A stretch of DNA of 64,000 nucleotides from an uncultured Actinomycetota bacterium. Its GTDB lineage: Bacteria > Actinomycetota > Actinomycetes > Mycobacteriales > Mycobacteriaceae. Of this stretch, positions 26,556-36,911 are shown one piece after another. The DNA lies in NCBI GenBank assembly GCA_963782405.1, contig CAWAJX010000012.1, positions 103,794 through 167,793 of the forward strand, read 5' to 3'. Position 1 is the stretch's first letter. Each line of letters starts with the position of its first letter. The notes below the pieces were generated by a model, which was not told the DNA's origin, ran no database searches, and was given only the letters and a program-made list of their open reading frames with translations. The position numbers and the translations under genes are program-made.

Positions 26556-28983
26556 CTTCGCCTTCCTGTTCGTCCGGAGTGGAATAGCCGGGCTGCGAGC
26601 GCCGGCCCTGCCTGGTCCCGTTCTCGATGGCGGACATCAGGTCTCGTGCCTGTTCCGCCGAGCGCGGCCGCTGTTCCACATCCGATTCGGGTTGGGGGTC
26701 GTGCGCCAATTCCGGTGCCAGACTTGCCTGTCGGCGGCGGCGGGGCAACGGTGGGCGGGCATCACTGCCAGTGTATGACGGGCGCTGCGGGGCGCGGCGA
26801 GCCGGTTGCTCGGCCGGGGCGGGCGGCTCGTGCCGGGACTGGTAGCGGCTCGGCGCCTCGTAGCGGTCCGGCTGCTCTTCGCGGGCGGGCGGCTCGGTAT
26901 CGGTGCGGCCGTAGTCGGACCAGGTATCGGTGCGCGGCGGCAGCGTTGCCAGACCGGTTGCGGCCGGGGCGGATTCGGCCGCCGAGATGGCGGGGATCTC
27001 ACCGGTCATGGTCGGTTCCGGCCGGCGCCCGGAGAATCGCTCAGGCAGGTGATCGGCCATCGGCGCATCGGCCGCGACCACGGCGGTCGGCACCAGCACG
27101 ATCGCCCGGATGCCGCCGTAGTCGGATTCCGACAGCCGCACCGTGACGCCGTGGCGGGCACCGAGCTGCGCCACCACGAACAGGCCCAGCCGTGAGTTCG
27201 CCGACAGCGTCGCGACCCCGAAATCCGGTGGGTTGCGCAGCATTTCGTTGGCACGCTCGAGTTCGTCGGCCGCCATGCCCATGCCCTGATCGCTGATCTC
27301 GATGGCGACGCCCTTGCCGACCACGTTGCTGCTCACCTCGACCCGCGATTGCGGTGGCGAGAAGGATGTGGCGTTGTCGACCAGCTCGGCGAGCAGGTGG
27401 ATGAGGTCGGCGACGACGGTGCCGACGATGAACACCTGCGGCATGCGATGGGCGCGCACCCGTGCGTAGTCGAGGGTTTCGCCGATCGCGCTGCGCACCA
27501 GCTCCACCAGCGGAACCGGGCGCCGCCACTGCCGGCCGGGCTCGCCGCCGCCGAGGATGATGAGGTTCTCGGCGTTGCGGCGTTCGCGGGTGGCCAGGTG
27601 GTCGAGCCGGAAGAACGTCTCGAGCAGCGCCGGGTCCTCCTGCTGCCGTTCGGCCTCGTCGAGAATCTCGAGCTGGCGATGGACCACGATCTGGCTGCGG
27701 TGCGCGATGTTCAGGAAGACCGCGCGCACACCTTCGCGGGTGCGGGCCTCGGTGACCGCGGCCGAGACCGCGGCGGTGTGGGCGCGGTTGAACGCCTTGG
27801 CGACCGAACCGATCTCGTCGTGGCCGAAATCGAGCCGGGCGGCCTCGGTTTCGACGTCGATCTCCTCGCCCTCGCCGAGCCTGCGCATGGTTTCGGGCAG
27901 CCGGACCTCGGCCAGTGCGAGGGTTTCGGTCCGCAGCCGCTTGAGGCGGCCGATCAGCCGGTTGGCCAGCCACAGCGACAGCAGGAAGGCGATGATCGCG
28001 AGTGCGAGGACGCCGGCGCCGGCCCACAGCGAATTCGTCGCGGTGCGTTCACCGTCTCGGACCGCGGTCTGGTTGGCGTTGTCGTTCTGGTACTGCCAGG
28101 CGGCGAGCAGCTGATCGCCGAGTTGCTCCGCCGTCGTGCGCCAGTCGTCGAAACTCATCGGCGGTGGCGGCAGCTCACCGGACTTGTCCGGAGCGGGAGG
28201 ATGGATCAGGTAATCCTCCATGGCCGCGAGTTGCTGCCAGGCGGGTGAACCGATCACGACCTTGATCTTGCCGGCTGCCGGGCCGGTGAGATCGTCTGCC
28301 AGCTGCGGGATCTCGGTGCGGTAGTAGCCGACCAGATTGCGGTAGTCGTCACGCATCTGCCCGGCCAGCGCGGGACCGCTGAGTTCGGCGGCGGTCAGGG
28401 CCTGGCTGCGCGACATACCTTCCATCGCGTGCAGGGTGCGCAGGCCGCCGGCGAGTTCCTGGGCGACCGCGGCGTCGGGGGCGGTCGGGATGACGAGATT
28501 GGTGCCGAGGACGACGGCGTCGAGAATCTGGTTGTAGATGCCGTAGGTCTGGGCGAGTGGCAGTGCGCCGGCGTCGATACCGCCGCGAATCTGCGGGAGC
28601 TGCTTCTTGAGCGTCTCGAAACCGCCGGTGTCCTGCCCCATCCGGTTGTCGACATCGTTTGCCATGAGCGCGGATTCGGTGGAGGCCAGCGCCTCGAGCG
28701 CCTTGTCGAGCCGGGCGCGGGCGGCGGCGAGAGCGCCGGGGTCGGTGCGCTGTCCGGCCAGATGCCACAGCGAGAGCATGCGCTCCTGTTCGACCGCGGC
28801 GATCATCTCGCGGGTGTGGACATTGGCGCTGCCGAGAATGGCCGCCCAGTCCTTCGCGTGTTGCCCCTCCCGTACCAGATGGCTCGCTGTCCCCACACCG
28901 ACTCCGAGCAACGCCAGGCTTGGAACCACTGCAATGGCCAGGATGCGGGTCCGGATTCCGAGCCTCGCTCTCAACATCGGCAC
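26533..28983 (-). CDS. Membrane sensor histidine kinase/ATPase with NIT-like sensor and HAMP domain (CvnA-like)
   Basis: Two TM segments; DEIGSVAKAF; FRLDHLATRERRNAENL; LAELVDNATSFS; DQGMGM; LGLFVV. Confidence 0.9.
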   Translation of the reverse strand: MPMLRARLGIRTRILAIAVVPSLALLGVGVGTASHLVREGQHAKDWAAILGSANVHTREMIAAVEQERMLSLWHLAGQRTDPGALAAARARLDKALEALASTESALMANDVDNRMGQDTGGFETLKKQLPQIRGGIDAGALPLAQTYGIYNQILDAVVLGTNLVIPTAPDAAVAQELAGGLRTLHAMEGMSRSQALTAAELSGPALAGQMRDDYRNLVGYYRTEIPQLADDLTGPAAGKIKVVIGSPAWQQLAAMEDYLIHPPAPDKSGELPPPPMSFDDWRTTAEQLGDQLLAAWQYQNDNANQTAVRDGERTATNSLWAGAGVLALAIIAFLLSLWLANRLIGRLKRLRTETLALAEVRLPETMRRLGEGEEIDVETEAARLDFGHDEIGSVAKAFNRAHTAAVSAAVTEARTREGVRAVFLNIAHRSQIVVHRQLEILDEAERQQEDPALLETFFRLDHLATRERRNAENLIILGGGEPGRQWRRPVPLVELVRSAIGETLDYARVRAHRMPQVFIVGTVVADLIHLLAELVDNATSFSPPQSRVEVSSNVVGKGVAIEISDQGMGMAADELERANEMLRNPPDFGVATLSANSRLGLFVVAQLGARHGVTVRLSESDYGGIRAIVLVPTAVVAADAPMADHLPERFSGRRPEPTMTGEIPAISAAESAPAATGLATLPPRTDTWSDYGRTDTEPPAREEQPDRYEAPSRYQSRHEPPAPAEQPARRAPQRPSYTGSDARPPLPRRRRQASLAPELAHDPQPESDVEQRPRSAEQARDLMSAIENGTRQGRRSQPGYSTPDEQEGEGDFFQRR

Positions 28984-29206
28984 AACATAACTGGCAATGT
29001 TTCAAACTTCAGGTCGGATACCACTGAGCGAGACCAATATTGACTTTCCTGCACCCCTATGAGTTTGCAGGTAGGAATTGGTTTTTGGGGAAGATCCAAT
29101 GATCGGCACCGGAATTCATTGTGGCAAGTCACACGTTTGACCGCCCGGCCATATAGATGCCGCGGAATATGGTGCACCGCAGCGGGATCGACATGCCGGA
29201 AACCCG

Positions 29207-30406
29207 CTAGTCCCGCGTCGTCCGGCGCCGGACGACGGCGAGTACGACCACCAGTAACACCGCCGCGCCCTCGATCGCGGCGACCGTGCCGACCAGCGCC
29301 GAATACGATGTGTCCGAGAGCGATCCGGTGATCGCGCCGCCCGCGGCCGTCGCGCCGCCGAGGACCGCGGCGAAGGTCCCGTAGGCCGTGGCGCGCCGGT
29401 CGGCCGGAACCAGATCGGCGACCACCGCCCGCAATGTCGACTCCTGGACTCCGACCGTCGCACCCCACAGCAGCGCGCCGCCCACGGCCGGGGCAAGTCC
29501 GTTCGCGAAGGCGAGGACCGGCACCAACGCGGTCGAAATCGGAAGCAGAAGGAGGGTTTTCGGGCCGATCCGGTCGTACAGCCAACCCGATGCCAGCGCG
29601 GCGGCGGCATCGGCGCCCATCGCCGCGGCATAGACCAGCGGAACCGTCGTCGTGCCCAGTACTCCGGCGCGCACCATGTGCAGGGAGAGCACCCCGTAGG
29701 TGGTGGCGCCGAACATGCACACGGCGGTGAAGGCGCAGTAGAGCCAGAACGACCGCGACAGGGGCCCACCCGCGGGCCGGGGTGCGGCGGGCACGGCGGA
29801 TTCGTAGCCGGCGGGGTCGGGCGCGAGACGCCGGATTCGCAAGAGCAGCAACAGCGCTGCCGCGCCCGGTAAGGCGAGGACGGTCAGCGCGGGCGTGTAG
29901 TCGGTATCGGTCAGTGCGAGGACGACGGCCACCGTCAGCGGCCCGATGATCGCGCCGATCTGGTCGAGGGCCTCGTGCACGGCGAAGCCGCGACCGCGGC
30001 CGGTGACGGCCGTGGCGTGCGAGAGCAGAGTGTCCTTGGCGGGGCTGCGCACGGCCTTGCCGACCCGTTCGGTGATCACCAGTGCACAGGCCACCCAGAG
30101 CACGCCGGTGACACCCAGCAGCGGAACGCTGAGCACGGTCAGCAGATATCCGGATATCGTCCACGCCCAGAACCGGCCGGTTCTATCTGTGAGCGGCCCC
30201 GATATCAGCCGTAATCCGAGCGCCGCCGCCTCGCCGGCTCCGGTCACCAGGCCCACCGCGAAACCGGTCGCACCGAGCGAGCCGAGCAGCGGCCCGGTGA
30301 TCGAGCGAGCGCCCTCGTAGACGAAATCCGCCAGCAGGCTCACGACCCCGAAGCGGGCGACGAAACCCCACGCGCTCAATCCCGGTGCGTCGTGACCTGC
30401 TGCCAT
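29207..30406 (-). CDS. MFS transporter
   Basis: VSLLADFVYEG; ERVGKAVRSPAKD; 12 TM segments; start set at ATG 30406. Confidence 0.9.
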   Translation of the reverse strand: MAAGHDAPGLSAWGFVARFGVVSLLADFVYEGARSITGPLLGSLGATGFAVGLVTGAGEAAALGLRLISGPLTDRTGRFWAWTISGYLLTVLSVPLLGVTGVLWVACALVITERVGKAVRSPAKDTLLSHATAVTGRGRGFAVHEALDQIGAIIGPLTVAVVLALTDTDYTPALTVLALPGAAALLLLLRIRRLAPDPAGYESAVPAAPRPAGGPLSRSFWLYCAFTAVCMFGATTYGVLSLHMVRAGVLGTTTVPLVYAAAMGADAAAALASGWLYDRIGPKTLLLLPISTALVPVLAFANGLAPAVGGALLWGATVGVQESTLRAVVADLVPADRRATAYGTFAAVLGGATAAGGAITGSLSDTSYSALVGTVAAIEGAAVLLVVVLAVVRRRTTRD

Positions 30407-30480
30407 CGTCGCCTCCGGATTGCCATCCGTCACCTCGAACTCGAGCCGGTCCATCATCGCACCGGATGGCATACCGGGAG

Positions 30481-31443
30481 CTAAGGTCGGCGCGGGTCGT
30501 TCAGCTGAATCCGTGCCACCAGTGCGCGGTGATCCGAACCGGGCACCGATACCGTCGCGACATCGGTCGCGTGGCCCCCGGCGACGAGAATGTGGTCGAC
30601 ACCGATCAGCGGAGGCCAGGGCTGATCGGTCGGATAAGTGACCAGATGACCGGCGCCCGCCTGGTCGGCCGCGTCGCCGAATCGCCCGGAGGCCAGTGCG
30701 CGGAATTGCGAATGATCGTGGGTCGCGTTGAAGTCGCCGCCGGCTATCACCGGCCGATTCGCCGGTGAGCGGTCGAGAATGCCGTGCAGGCGGGACAATT
30801 CGCCGGCCCAGACGCCGGCGCCGTACACCGGCGGAACCGGATGGAACGCGTACACCGTCGTAGCCCCGAAGCCGGGGACGGTGACCGTCGCCGACAGCTG
30901 GTTCAGGACGAAGCCGTCGTATTCGGTCGTATCCGACAGCGGATAGCTGCTCCAGATCCCGGTGCCGGTCGCCGTGCGGCCGGGGGAGATGTGCCGGTAC
31001 GGCAGCAGTCGATCCAGGCCCGCGCGTTCCAGGCCGCCGACCTCGCCGGGCGTGAGCTCATCTACGGTCAGTACCTCGATTCGCCGGATGCGGACCTCGT
31101 CCACCACTGCCTGCGGATCCGCGCCGTCGAACAGGAGATTGGCCTGCATGATCCGTACCGTGGGGCCGCCGCCCCCGCCGTCGCCGATGTAGAGCGGCAG
31201 TTGCGTCCATACCGCCGCCACCGAGACGAGGACCGCCACCGCGGCCCCGATCCAGCGTTGACAGCTCGAGAAGGCGACCGCTCCGAGCAGCGCGCCGCAC
31301 ATCAGGTAGGGCGCACCCGAGGCGGCCAGGATCAACCACCACGCACCGGATTCGCTGAAGTGCAACGCGATTCCGACCGCGCCGGCCAGTGTCGTCGGCC
31401 AGGCCGCTATCGCGAGCCCATCGCCGACCGCCTTCGCCATCAC
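30481..31443 (-). CDS. Membrane-anchored endonuclease/exonuclease/phosphatase-family protein
   Basis: N-terminal TM segments; QANLL; GGDFNAT; GVDHIL; GSDHRAL. Confidence 0.9.
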   Translation of the reverse strand: MMAKAVGDGLAIAAWPTTLAGAVGIALHFSESGAWWLILAASGAPYLMCGALLGAVAFSSCQRWIGAAVAVLVSVAAVWTQLPLYIGDGGGGGPTVRIMQANLLFDGADPQAVVDEVRIRRIEVLTVDELTPGEVGGLERAGLDRLLPYRHISPGRTATGTGIWSSYPLSDTTEYDGFVLNQLSATVTVPGFGATTVYAFHPVPPVYGAGVWAGELSRLHGILDRSPANRPVIAGGDFNATHDHSQFRALASGRFGDAADQAGAGHLVTYPTDQPWPPLIGVDHILVAGGHATDVATVSVPGSDHRALVARIQLNDPRRP

Positions 31444-31550
31444 ATCCGACAGACAAGCACATTCGCATGTGGGGCCCCATTCAGCGCTGGGAGCCCGCGG
31501 GCGCGGTAGATTGTGTGTATCCGACGGTTACTGACAAGTAGGAGGCGACG

Positions 31551-33104
31551 ATGCCCGTGCCGGAAGCTGCGGTGTTCGAGCGTTTGCGGGCGTTCGCGTC
31601 CGTCGACAATTCCACCGCGCACGCGAACAAGACGATCGCCGAGACGTTCACCGGGCGGCCGCTGGGTGAGGTGCCGGTCGGCACCGCCGACGATGTCGGC
31701 GTGGCATTCACCAAAGCTCGTGCGGCACAGGCCGAATGGGTGCGGCGATCACCGGCCGAACGTGCCGCGGTACTCGAGCGGTACCGCGGGCTCGTGGTGG
31801 CCGAGCGCGGCCACCTGATGGACGTGATCCAGGCCGAGACCGGTAAGGCCCGGTGGGCGGCCCAGGAAGAGATCATGGGCCTGATGTTCGCGGCCCGGTA
31901 CTTCGCGCGGGTCGCCCCCAAGCTGCTCGCCCCGCACTCGGTACCGGGAGCCTTCCCGCTGCTCAATCGCGCCCGGGTCCGGACCCAGCCCAAGGGCGTA
32001 GTGGGCGTGATCGCGCCGTGGAACTACCCCATGCTGCTGTCGATCGGTGATTCGATTCCCGCGTTGCTGGCCGGCAACGCCGTCGTCGTCAAGCCCGACA
32101 GTCAGACGCCGTATTCGTCGCTGGCGAATGTGGAGCTGCTGCTGCGGGCCGGACTCCCGCGCGATCTGCTGCAGGTGATTCCGGGACCCGGCACGGTCGT
32201 CGGCACCGCGATCGTGGACCACTGCGACTATCTGATGTTCACCGGGTCCTCGGCGACGGGCAGCACGCTGGCCCAGCAGTGCGGGAAGCGGCTGATCGGA
32301 TTCTCCGCCGAACTCGGTGGCAAGAATCCGATGATCGTCACTCGCGGCGCCGAGCTGGACAAGGTCGCCAAGGCCGCGGTGCGGGCCTGCTTCTCCAATG
32401 CCGGGCAGCTGTGCATCTCGATCGAGCGGATGTACGTCGAGCGGTCGGTGGCCACCGAGTTCACCGAGAAATTCATCGCCGCGGTCCGGGCCGCGAAACT
32501 CGGTCCGGCCTACGACTTCTCGGCCGATATCGGCAGCCTGATCTCACCTGCGCAACTGGAGACGGTCACCAAGCACGTCGCCGATGCCACATCCAAGGGC
32601 GCCGAAGTCCTCACCGGCGGTAACGCCCGACCCGATCTGGGACCACTGTTCTTCGAACCGACCGTGCTCACCCACGTCACCGATGAGATGGAGTGCGGAC
32701 GCGACGAGACCTTCGGCCCGCTGGTGTCGATCTATCCGGTCGCCGACGTGGAGGGGGCGATCACGCGGGCCAACGACACCGAATACGGTCTCAATGCCAG
32801 CGTGTGGGCGGCGACCCCCGCCGAGGGGGAGGCCATCGCCGCGCGACTGCGCACCGGAACCGTCTGTGTCGACGAGGGATACGCCCCGGCATGGGGGACC
32901 ACCGGCGCCCCGATGGGCGGTATGGGAGTCTCCGGCGTCGGCCGCCGGCACGGGCCGGACGGGTTGCTGAAGTTCACCGAACCGCAGACCGTGGTCGTCA
33001 CGCGCGGGTTCAATCTCGATGCGCCGTTCGGCATTCCGCAGGCGAGATGGCAGGGCGCGCTGATGACCCTGGCCCGCAGCCTGCGACTGCTACCGGGACG
33101 CTGA
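31551..33104 (+). CDS. Succinic semialdehyde dehydrogenase-like aldehyde dehydrogenase
   Basis: APWNYP; FTGSSATG; AELGGKNP; NAGQLCISIER; ETFGP. Confidence 0.9.
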   Translation: MPVPEAAVFERLRAFASVDNSTAHANKTIAETFTGRPLGEVPVGTADDVGVAFTKARAAQAEWVRRSPAERAAVLERYRGLVVAERGHLMDVIQAETGKARWAAQEEIMGLMFAARYFARVAPKLLAPHSVPGAFPLLNRARVRTQPKGVVGVIAPWNYPMLLSIGDSIPALLAGNAVVVKPDSQTPYSSLANVELLLRAGLPRDLLQVIPGPGTVVGTAIVDHCDYLMFTGSSATGSTLAQQCGKRLIGFSAELGGKNPMIVTRGAELDKVAKAAVRACFSNAGQLCISIERMYVERSVATEFTEKFIAAVRAAKLGPAYDFSADIGSLISPAQLETVTKHVADATSKGAEVLTGGNARPDLGPLFFEPTVLTHVTDEMECGRDETFGPLVSIYPVADVEGAITRANDTEYGLNASVWAATPAEGEAIAARLRTGTVCVDEGYAPAWGTTGAPMGGMGVSGVGRRHGPDGLLKFTEPQTVVVTRGFNLDAPFGIPQARWQGALMTLARSLRLLPGR

Positions 33105-33155
33105 GCGGTCCGGGCCGGTCGTCGACCACGCATCGACAACCGGCCCGATGCGTTC

Positions 33156-33491
33156 TCACTGGTTGAGGAAGATCCCCGGGAGACTCGCGTTCTTGATGAG
33201 GGTATCGGCGTTGCGTTGATTGGCGCACAGGAAGTCGGCGGCCGCCATATTCGCGTCGACGGCCGTTCCCGCGGGTTCGTTGTTGTTGCCGGACTGCTGC
33301 TTGAGGAATTTGGTGATCGTCATCCGCTTACCGTTGGCATCCTGTTTGACGTAATCGCTGCAGGGGGTGTCGCCGCCCTGGTTGAGGGCCTGCTGAACAT
33401 CCGAGCATCCGGTCAGCAGGACCGCGCTCAGTGCGGCGGCGCCGACGATGCCGAGCAGCGCGGTGCGCGTCCGGGCGGGGCTGGATGTCAT
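33156..33491 (-). CDS. Putative lipoprotein
   Basis: Signal peptide with LLTGC lipobox; two further Cys. Confidence 0.7.
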   Translation of the reverse strand: MTSSPARTRTALLGIVGAAALSAVLLTGCSDVQQALNQGGDTPCSDYVKQDANGKRMTITKFLKQQSGNNNEPAGTAVDANMAAADFLCANQRNADTLIKNASLPGIFLNQ

Positions 33492-33660
33492 CTGTTCTCC
33501 TCATCGAGCACGCCGGGCCGATCCCGGCAATTCGACCGCAAGCCTAGAAGGTGCATTCGTCCACTCTCCGCCGTGGCGGGCCGAATCGGACTCGAGTCGC
33601 TACCCTACGGCGGTGCTGTTGTCTCAGGTGTCCGATGCGGTGTCGTCGGCGACGGATTGA

Positions 33661-34353
33661 TTGACGACGATATCTCCGCAACCGCCGGTGTGGGTGGTGT
33701 TCGCCACGGCCGCGGTCGCCGCCGCGGTGGTGATCTACCGCCCGGTGTGGCGAATACTGCGGACGTGCGTTACCATCGCACACGAAATCGGGCATGCGGT
33801 GGTGGCGGTCTGCACCGGCCGCACGCTCAGCGGGATCCGCCTGCATTCCGACACCTCCGGTGTGACCGTATCGCGCGGTAAGTCACGGGGATTCGGTATG
33901 GTCCTGACGACCCTGGCGGGCTATCCGGCGCCCTCGGCGGTGGGATTGGGATTCGCACTTCTGCTCGGCACCGGCCGCCAGACCCTCATGCTCTGGATCC
34001 TGATCGCGGCGCTGGTGGTGCTGATCCTGGTCATCCGCAATATGTTCGGATTCCTGGCGGTGATCTGCGCCGGTGGCGCCGCGTTCGCGGTCTCTTGGTA
34101 TGGAGATGCGTTGTGGCAGGGCGTATTCGGTTATGTGGTGACGTGGTTCCTGCTGTTCGGCGGCCTGCGCGCGGTGATCGAGCTCTGGCGAGTGTCGGTG
34201 CGCGGGGACGGCTCCGACGCCGATCAGCTGGCCTGGCTCACCCGGATACCGGCGCGAGTATGGGTGCTGGTGTTCGGTCTGCTCACGCTGGCCGCGCTGG
34301 TGTTCGGTGGCGCGCGGTTGCTGGGCGTCGCGCCCGGCGGTCTGCACGGCTGA
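33661..34353 (+). CDS. M50B-family membrane metallopeptidase
   Basis: TIAHEIGH (HExxH); AGYPAP; SDADQL. Confidence 0.85.
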   Translation: MTTISPQPPVWVVFATAAVAAAVVIYRPVWRILRTCVTIAHEIGHAVVAVCTGRTLSGIRLHSDTSGVTVSRGKSRGFGMVLTTLAGYPAPSAVGLGFALLLGTGRQTLMLWILIAALVVLILVIRNMFGFLAVICAGGAAFAVSWYGDALWQGVFGYVVTWFLLFGGLRAVIELWRVSVRGDGSDADQLAWLTRIPARVWVLVFGLLTLAALVFGGARLLGVAPGGLHG

Positions 34354-34364
34354 CCGATCGGAAA

Positions 34365-35069
34365 TCACTGCTCGCCGTGGGCCTGCGATCGCCACTGGCG
34401 TGCGGCATCCGGATCGCCTCGGCGTTCCAGCACTTCCGCCAATCCGGCCATTGCCCGCGGATCGCCCTGTTCGGCCGCCAGACGCCACCAGTGCTGGGCC
34501 TGCGCGTATTCGCCGGCGCGGTAACCGAGAACGCCGAGATCGTAGGCGGCGCCGCCATGGCCGAGGTCTGCGGCCTCCCGCCAGAAATGCCGGGCCTGGT
34601 CGGTGTCGCCGCGGGTGTGCGCCTGCACGCCCCGGTCGTAGAGCGCCGTCCGGAAGTGGTCCTGTTCGCCGGAGGACTCCGCGGTCGCGGTCACGGTGAG
34701 GACCAGCTCACCGAAGTCGGGCTCTCCGATCCCGCTGCTGCAGCGCAATTGCATAGCGCCGTCGGTGCGGCGCCCGATCACGACGCCGTAGTTCCCGGTC
34801 CAGGATTCGACGACCCCCTCGGCCGTCATCCACACCGGTGTGAGGGTGTAGGCGGCCCCGGGACCGGTCCGGCCCAGGCGTAGTTCGGCGCCCGCGGCGA
34901 TGGCATCGGACCACACATCGACCCCGGACAGTTTCCGGCCGCGCAGCAGGACATACCCGTCGAGAACCGACAGGCCGATACCGAGTCCGAGCAGACCCTG
35001 CGCCGGCGCCGCGGACAGCAGTGTCAACCGCACCACCGTCCGGTCGGCGGCGAGCCGCTGGGAGTACAT
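34365..35069 (-). CDS. SEL1/TPR-repeat protein with an unknown N-terminal domain
   Basis: WREAADLGHGGAAYDLG and WRLAAEQGDPRAMAGLA repeats; start uncertain. Confidence 0.75.
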   Translation of the reverse strand: MYSQRLAADRTVVRLTLLSAAPAQGLLGLGIGLSVLDGYVLLRGRKLSGVDVWSDAIAAGAELRLGRTGPGAAYTLTPVWMTAEGVVESWTGNYGVVIGRRTDGAMQLRCSSGIGEPDFGELVLTVTATAESSGEQDHFRTALYDRGVQAHTRGDTDQARHFWREAADLGHGGAAYDLGVLGYRAGEYAQAQHWWRLAAEQGDPRAMAGLAEVLERRGDPDAARQWRSQAHGEQ

Positions 35070-35270
35070 CGGGTGGACGGTGACGCCGCGCCAGCCGACC
35101 GGCTCGGTGCCCCGAAATCGGTCGGCCAGAGGGCCATTCGCCTCACCGGGACCGGCCATCGTGCCGCCTTTCGCCGCCGCGGTGGACGCGGAGCCGTGTG
35201 GAGAAGCCTCGTTGTGGTGCCGCGCACACGCTAGTCCGCGCGCGTGGAAAATGGCACCGATCGGGCGGTT

Positions 35271-35477
35271 TCATTCGTCGCTGCCGCCGCGTGGGCCGAC
35301 GAATGCCCGCAATACCGGATCGGCGGAGACGATCCGGCCGACCTGCGCGCCGCCGGTGCATTCGAACAGGCCGATGATCAGATCGTCACCGCGGCGGCCC
35401 AGTACTCGCCATACCCCGCCGCTGTCCTGCCAGCGGATCAGGTCGGCGACGGGGTCGGCGGGGGAGTTCTGCGGCAC
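35271..35477 (-). CDS. Small conserved-looking hypothetical protein
   Basis: LIRWQDSGGVWRV...CTGG...FVGPRGGSDE; globular composition; fills the intergenic gap. Confidence 0.6.
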   Translation of the reverse strand: MPQNSPADPVADLIRWQDSGGVWRVLGRRGDDLIIGLFECTGGAQVGRIVSADPVLRAFVGPRGGSDE

Positions 35478-35506
35478 CGCGCCATTATCTCCCGGAAACG
35501 GACAGA

Positions 35507-35525
35507 TAGCTATGTAGCATAGTTA
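35507..35525. promoter_or_regulatory. Putative MarR operator (copy 1)
   Basis: TAGCTATG-TAG-CATAGTTA immediately before marR; same consensus as 36023-36041. Confidence 0.6.
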
Positions 35526-35526
35526 T

Positions 35527-35976
35527 ATGCGCGAGGAGGAAGTGCGCCGGTTTCAGCGCCAACTCAAATTGCTGTATCGGCGGGTGCGCCGCGAACGTCC
35601 GGCCACCGAGGGGCGGCCGCTGACCGAATTGCAGATGCTGGCCGCCCTGGATCGCGCGCGAGAACCCTTGCGGCCCAGTGGACTTGCCGACGAGCTGGAT
35701 ATGGCGAGATCCAATGTCGCCGCCACGCTGCGCTCTCTCGAGGACGACGGATTGATCGAGCGGCGCGGCGATCCGACCGACGGACGCAAGGCCTTCATCA
35801 CGATCAGCGAGTCGGGCCGCCGTATCGTCGCGGTGGCCCGGCGCGGCTGGCTGGCGTGGTTGCAGCACGCCATCGACGACGAGCTGACCGCCGAGGAGCA
35901 GCAAGTGCTGCTGCGCGCCGCCGATCTCATGCAGCGCCTGAGTGAATTGCCGGAATCCGCCGCACTCCCGCACTGA
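35527..35976 (+). CDS. MarR-family regulator
   Basis: LADELDMARSNVAATLRSLEDDGLIER...DPTDGRK. Confidence 0.9.
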   Translation: MREEEVRRFQRQLKLLYRRVRRERPATEGRPLTELQMLAALDRAREPLRPSGLADELDMARSNVAATLRSLEDDGLIERRGDPTDGRKAFITISESGRRIVAVARRGWLAWLQHAIDDELTAEEQQVLLRAADLMQRLSELPESAALPH

Positions 35977-36000
35977 CCGGGGCATTAACACCGCCAGATG

Positions 36001-36041
36001 GTTATATAACGTAACTATTAATTAGTTATGTGACATAGCTA
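36001..36041. promoter_or_regulatory. Putative MarR operator (copy 2) in an AT-rich MFS promoter
   Basis: TAGTTATG-TGA-CATAGCTA (36023-36041), overlapping palindromes TAACTA-N5-TAGTTA and GTTATATAAC. Confidence 0.6.
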
Positions 36042-36050
36042 GAAAGGCCG

Positions 36051-36911
36051 GTGCTCATGGCGGCGCTCGACGGCTCGATCGTGCTCATCGCGTTGCCGGC
36101 GATCTTCCGGGGAATCGGGCTCGATCCGCTCGCACCGGGCAATATCGGGTTCCTGCTGTGGATGATCATGGGCTATCGCCTGGTCCAAGCGGTGCTGGTG
36201 GTCCCGCTCGGCCGTCTCGGCGATATGGTCGGGCGGGTCCGCATCTACAACGCGGGCTTCGTCGTGTTCACCATCGCGTCGCTACTGCTGTCGTTCGATC
36301 CGCTGCACGGCGGCGCGGCCGCGGTGTGGTTGATCGGATGGCGCGTCCTGCAGGCCGTCGGCGGATCCGTGCTCACCGCCAATTCCGCGGCCATACTCAC
36401 CGACGCCTTCCCGCCCGATCGGCGCGGATTCGCGCTGGGCGTGAATCAAATCGCCGGACTGGCCGGAATGTTCATCGGACTGATCGCCGGCGGCGTTCTG
36501 GTGCTGTGGGATTGGCGGGCGGTGCTCTGGGTGAACGTGCCGGTCGGAATCTTCGGGACGATCTGGGCCTACCGCAATCTGCGCGACATCAACCCGCGCG
36601 GCGGGCCGCGGCCGCGGGTGGACGTGCTGGGCATCATCAGCTTCACCGTCGGGGTGAGCGCACTGCTGATCGCCATCACCGAGGGCATCCATCCCTACGG
36701 GCGGCACGCGATGGGATGGACCAACCCGCAGGTTGTCGAATTGTTCGCACTCGGCGCGGCCATGCTGGTGACCTTCGTCGTGGTGGAGCGGCGTATCCGC
36801 GAGCCGATGTTCGATCTGAGCCTGTTCGGCGCTGGGATTGCTCGCCGCTGCCGCGTCACTGTTCCGAAGTTCCGTCGTGCGCACCGCGGAAGTCAGTGTG
36901 CGAACTCGTGA
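36051..36911 (+). pseudogene. DHA2-family MFS transporter with an internal deletion
   Basis: Normal N-half (GRLGDMVGRVR, DAFPPDRRGFALG) stops at EPMFDLSLF; the next bases read SALGLLAAAASLFR (last-TM-like) in another frame. Confidence 0.75.
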
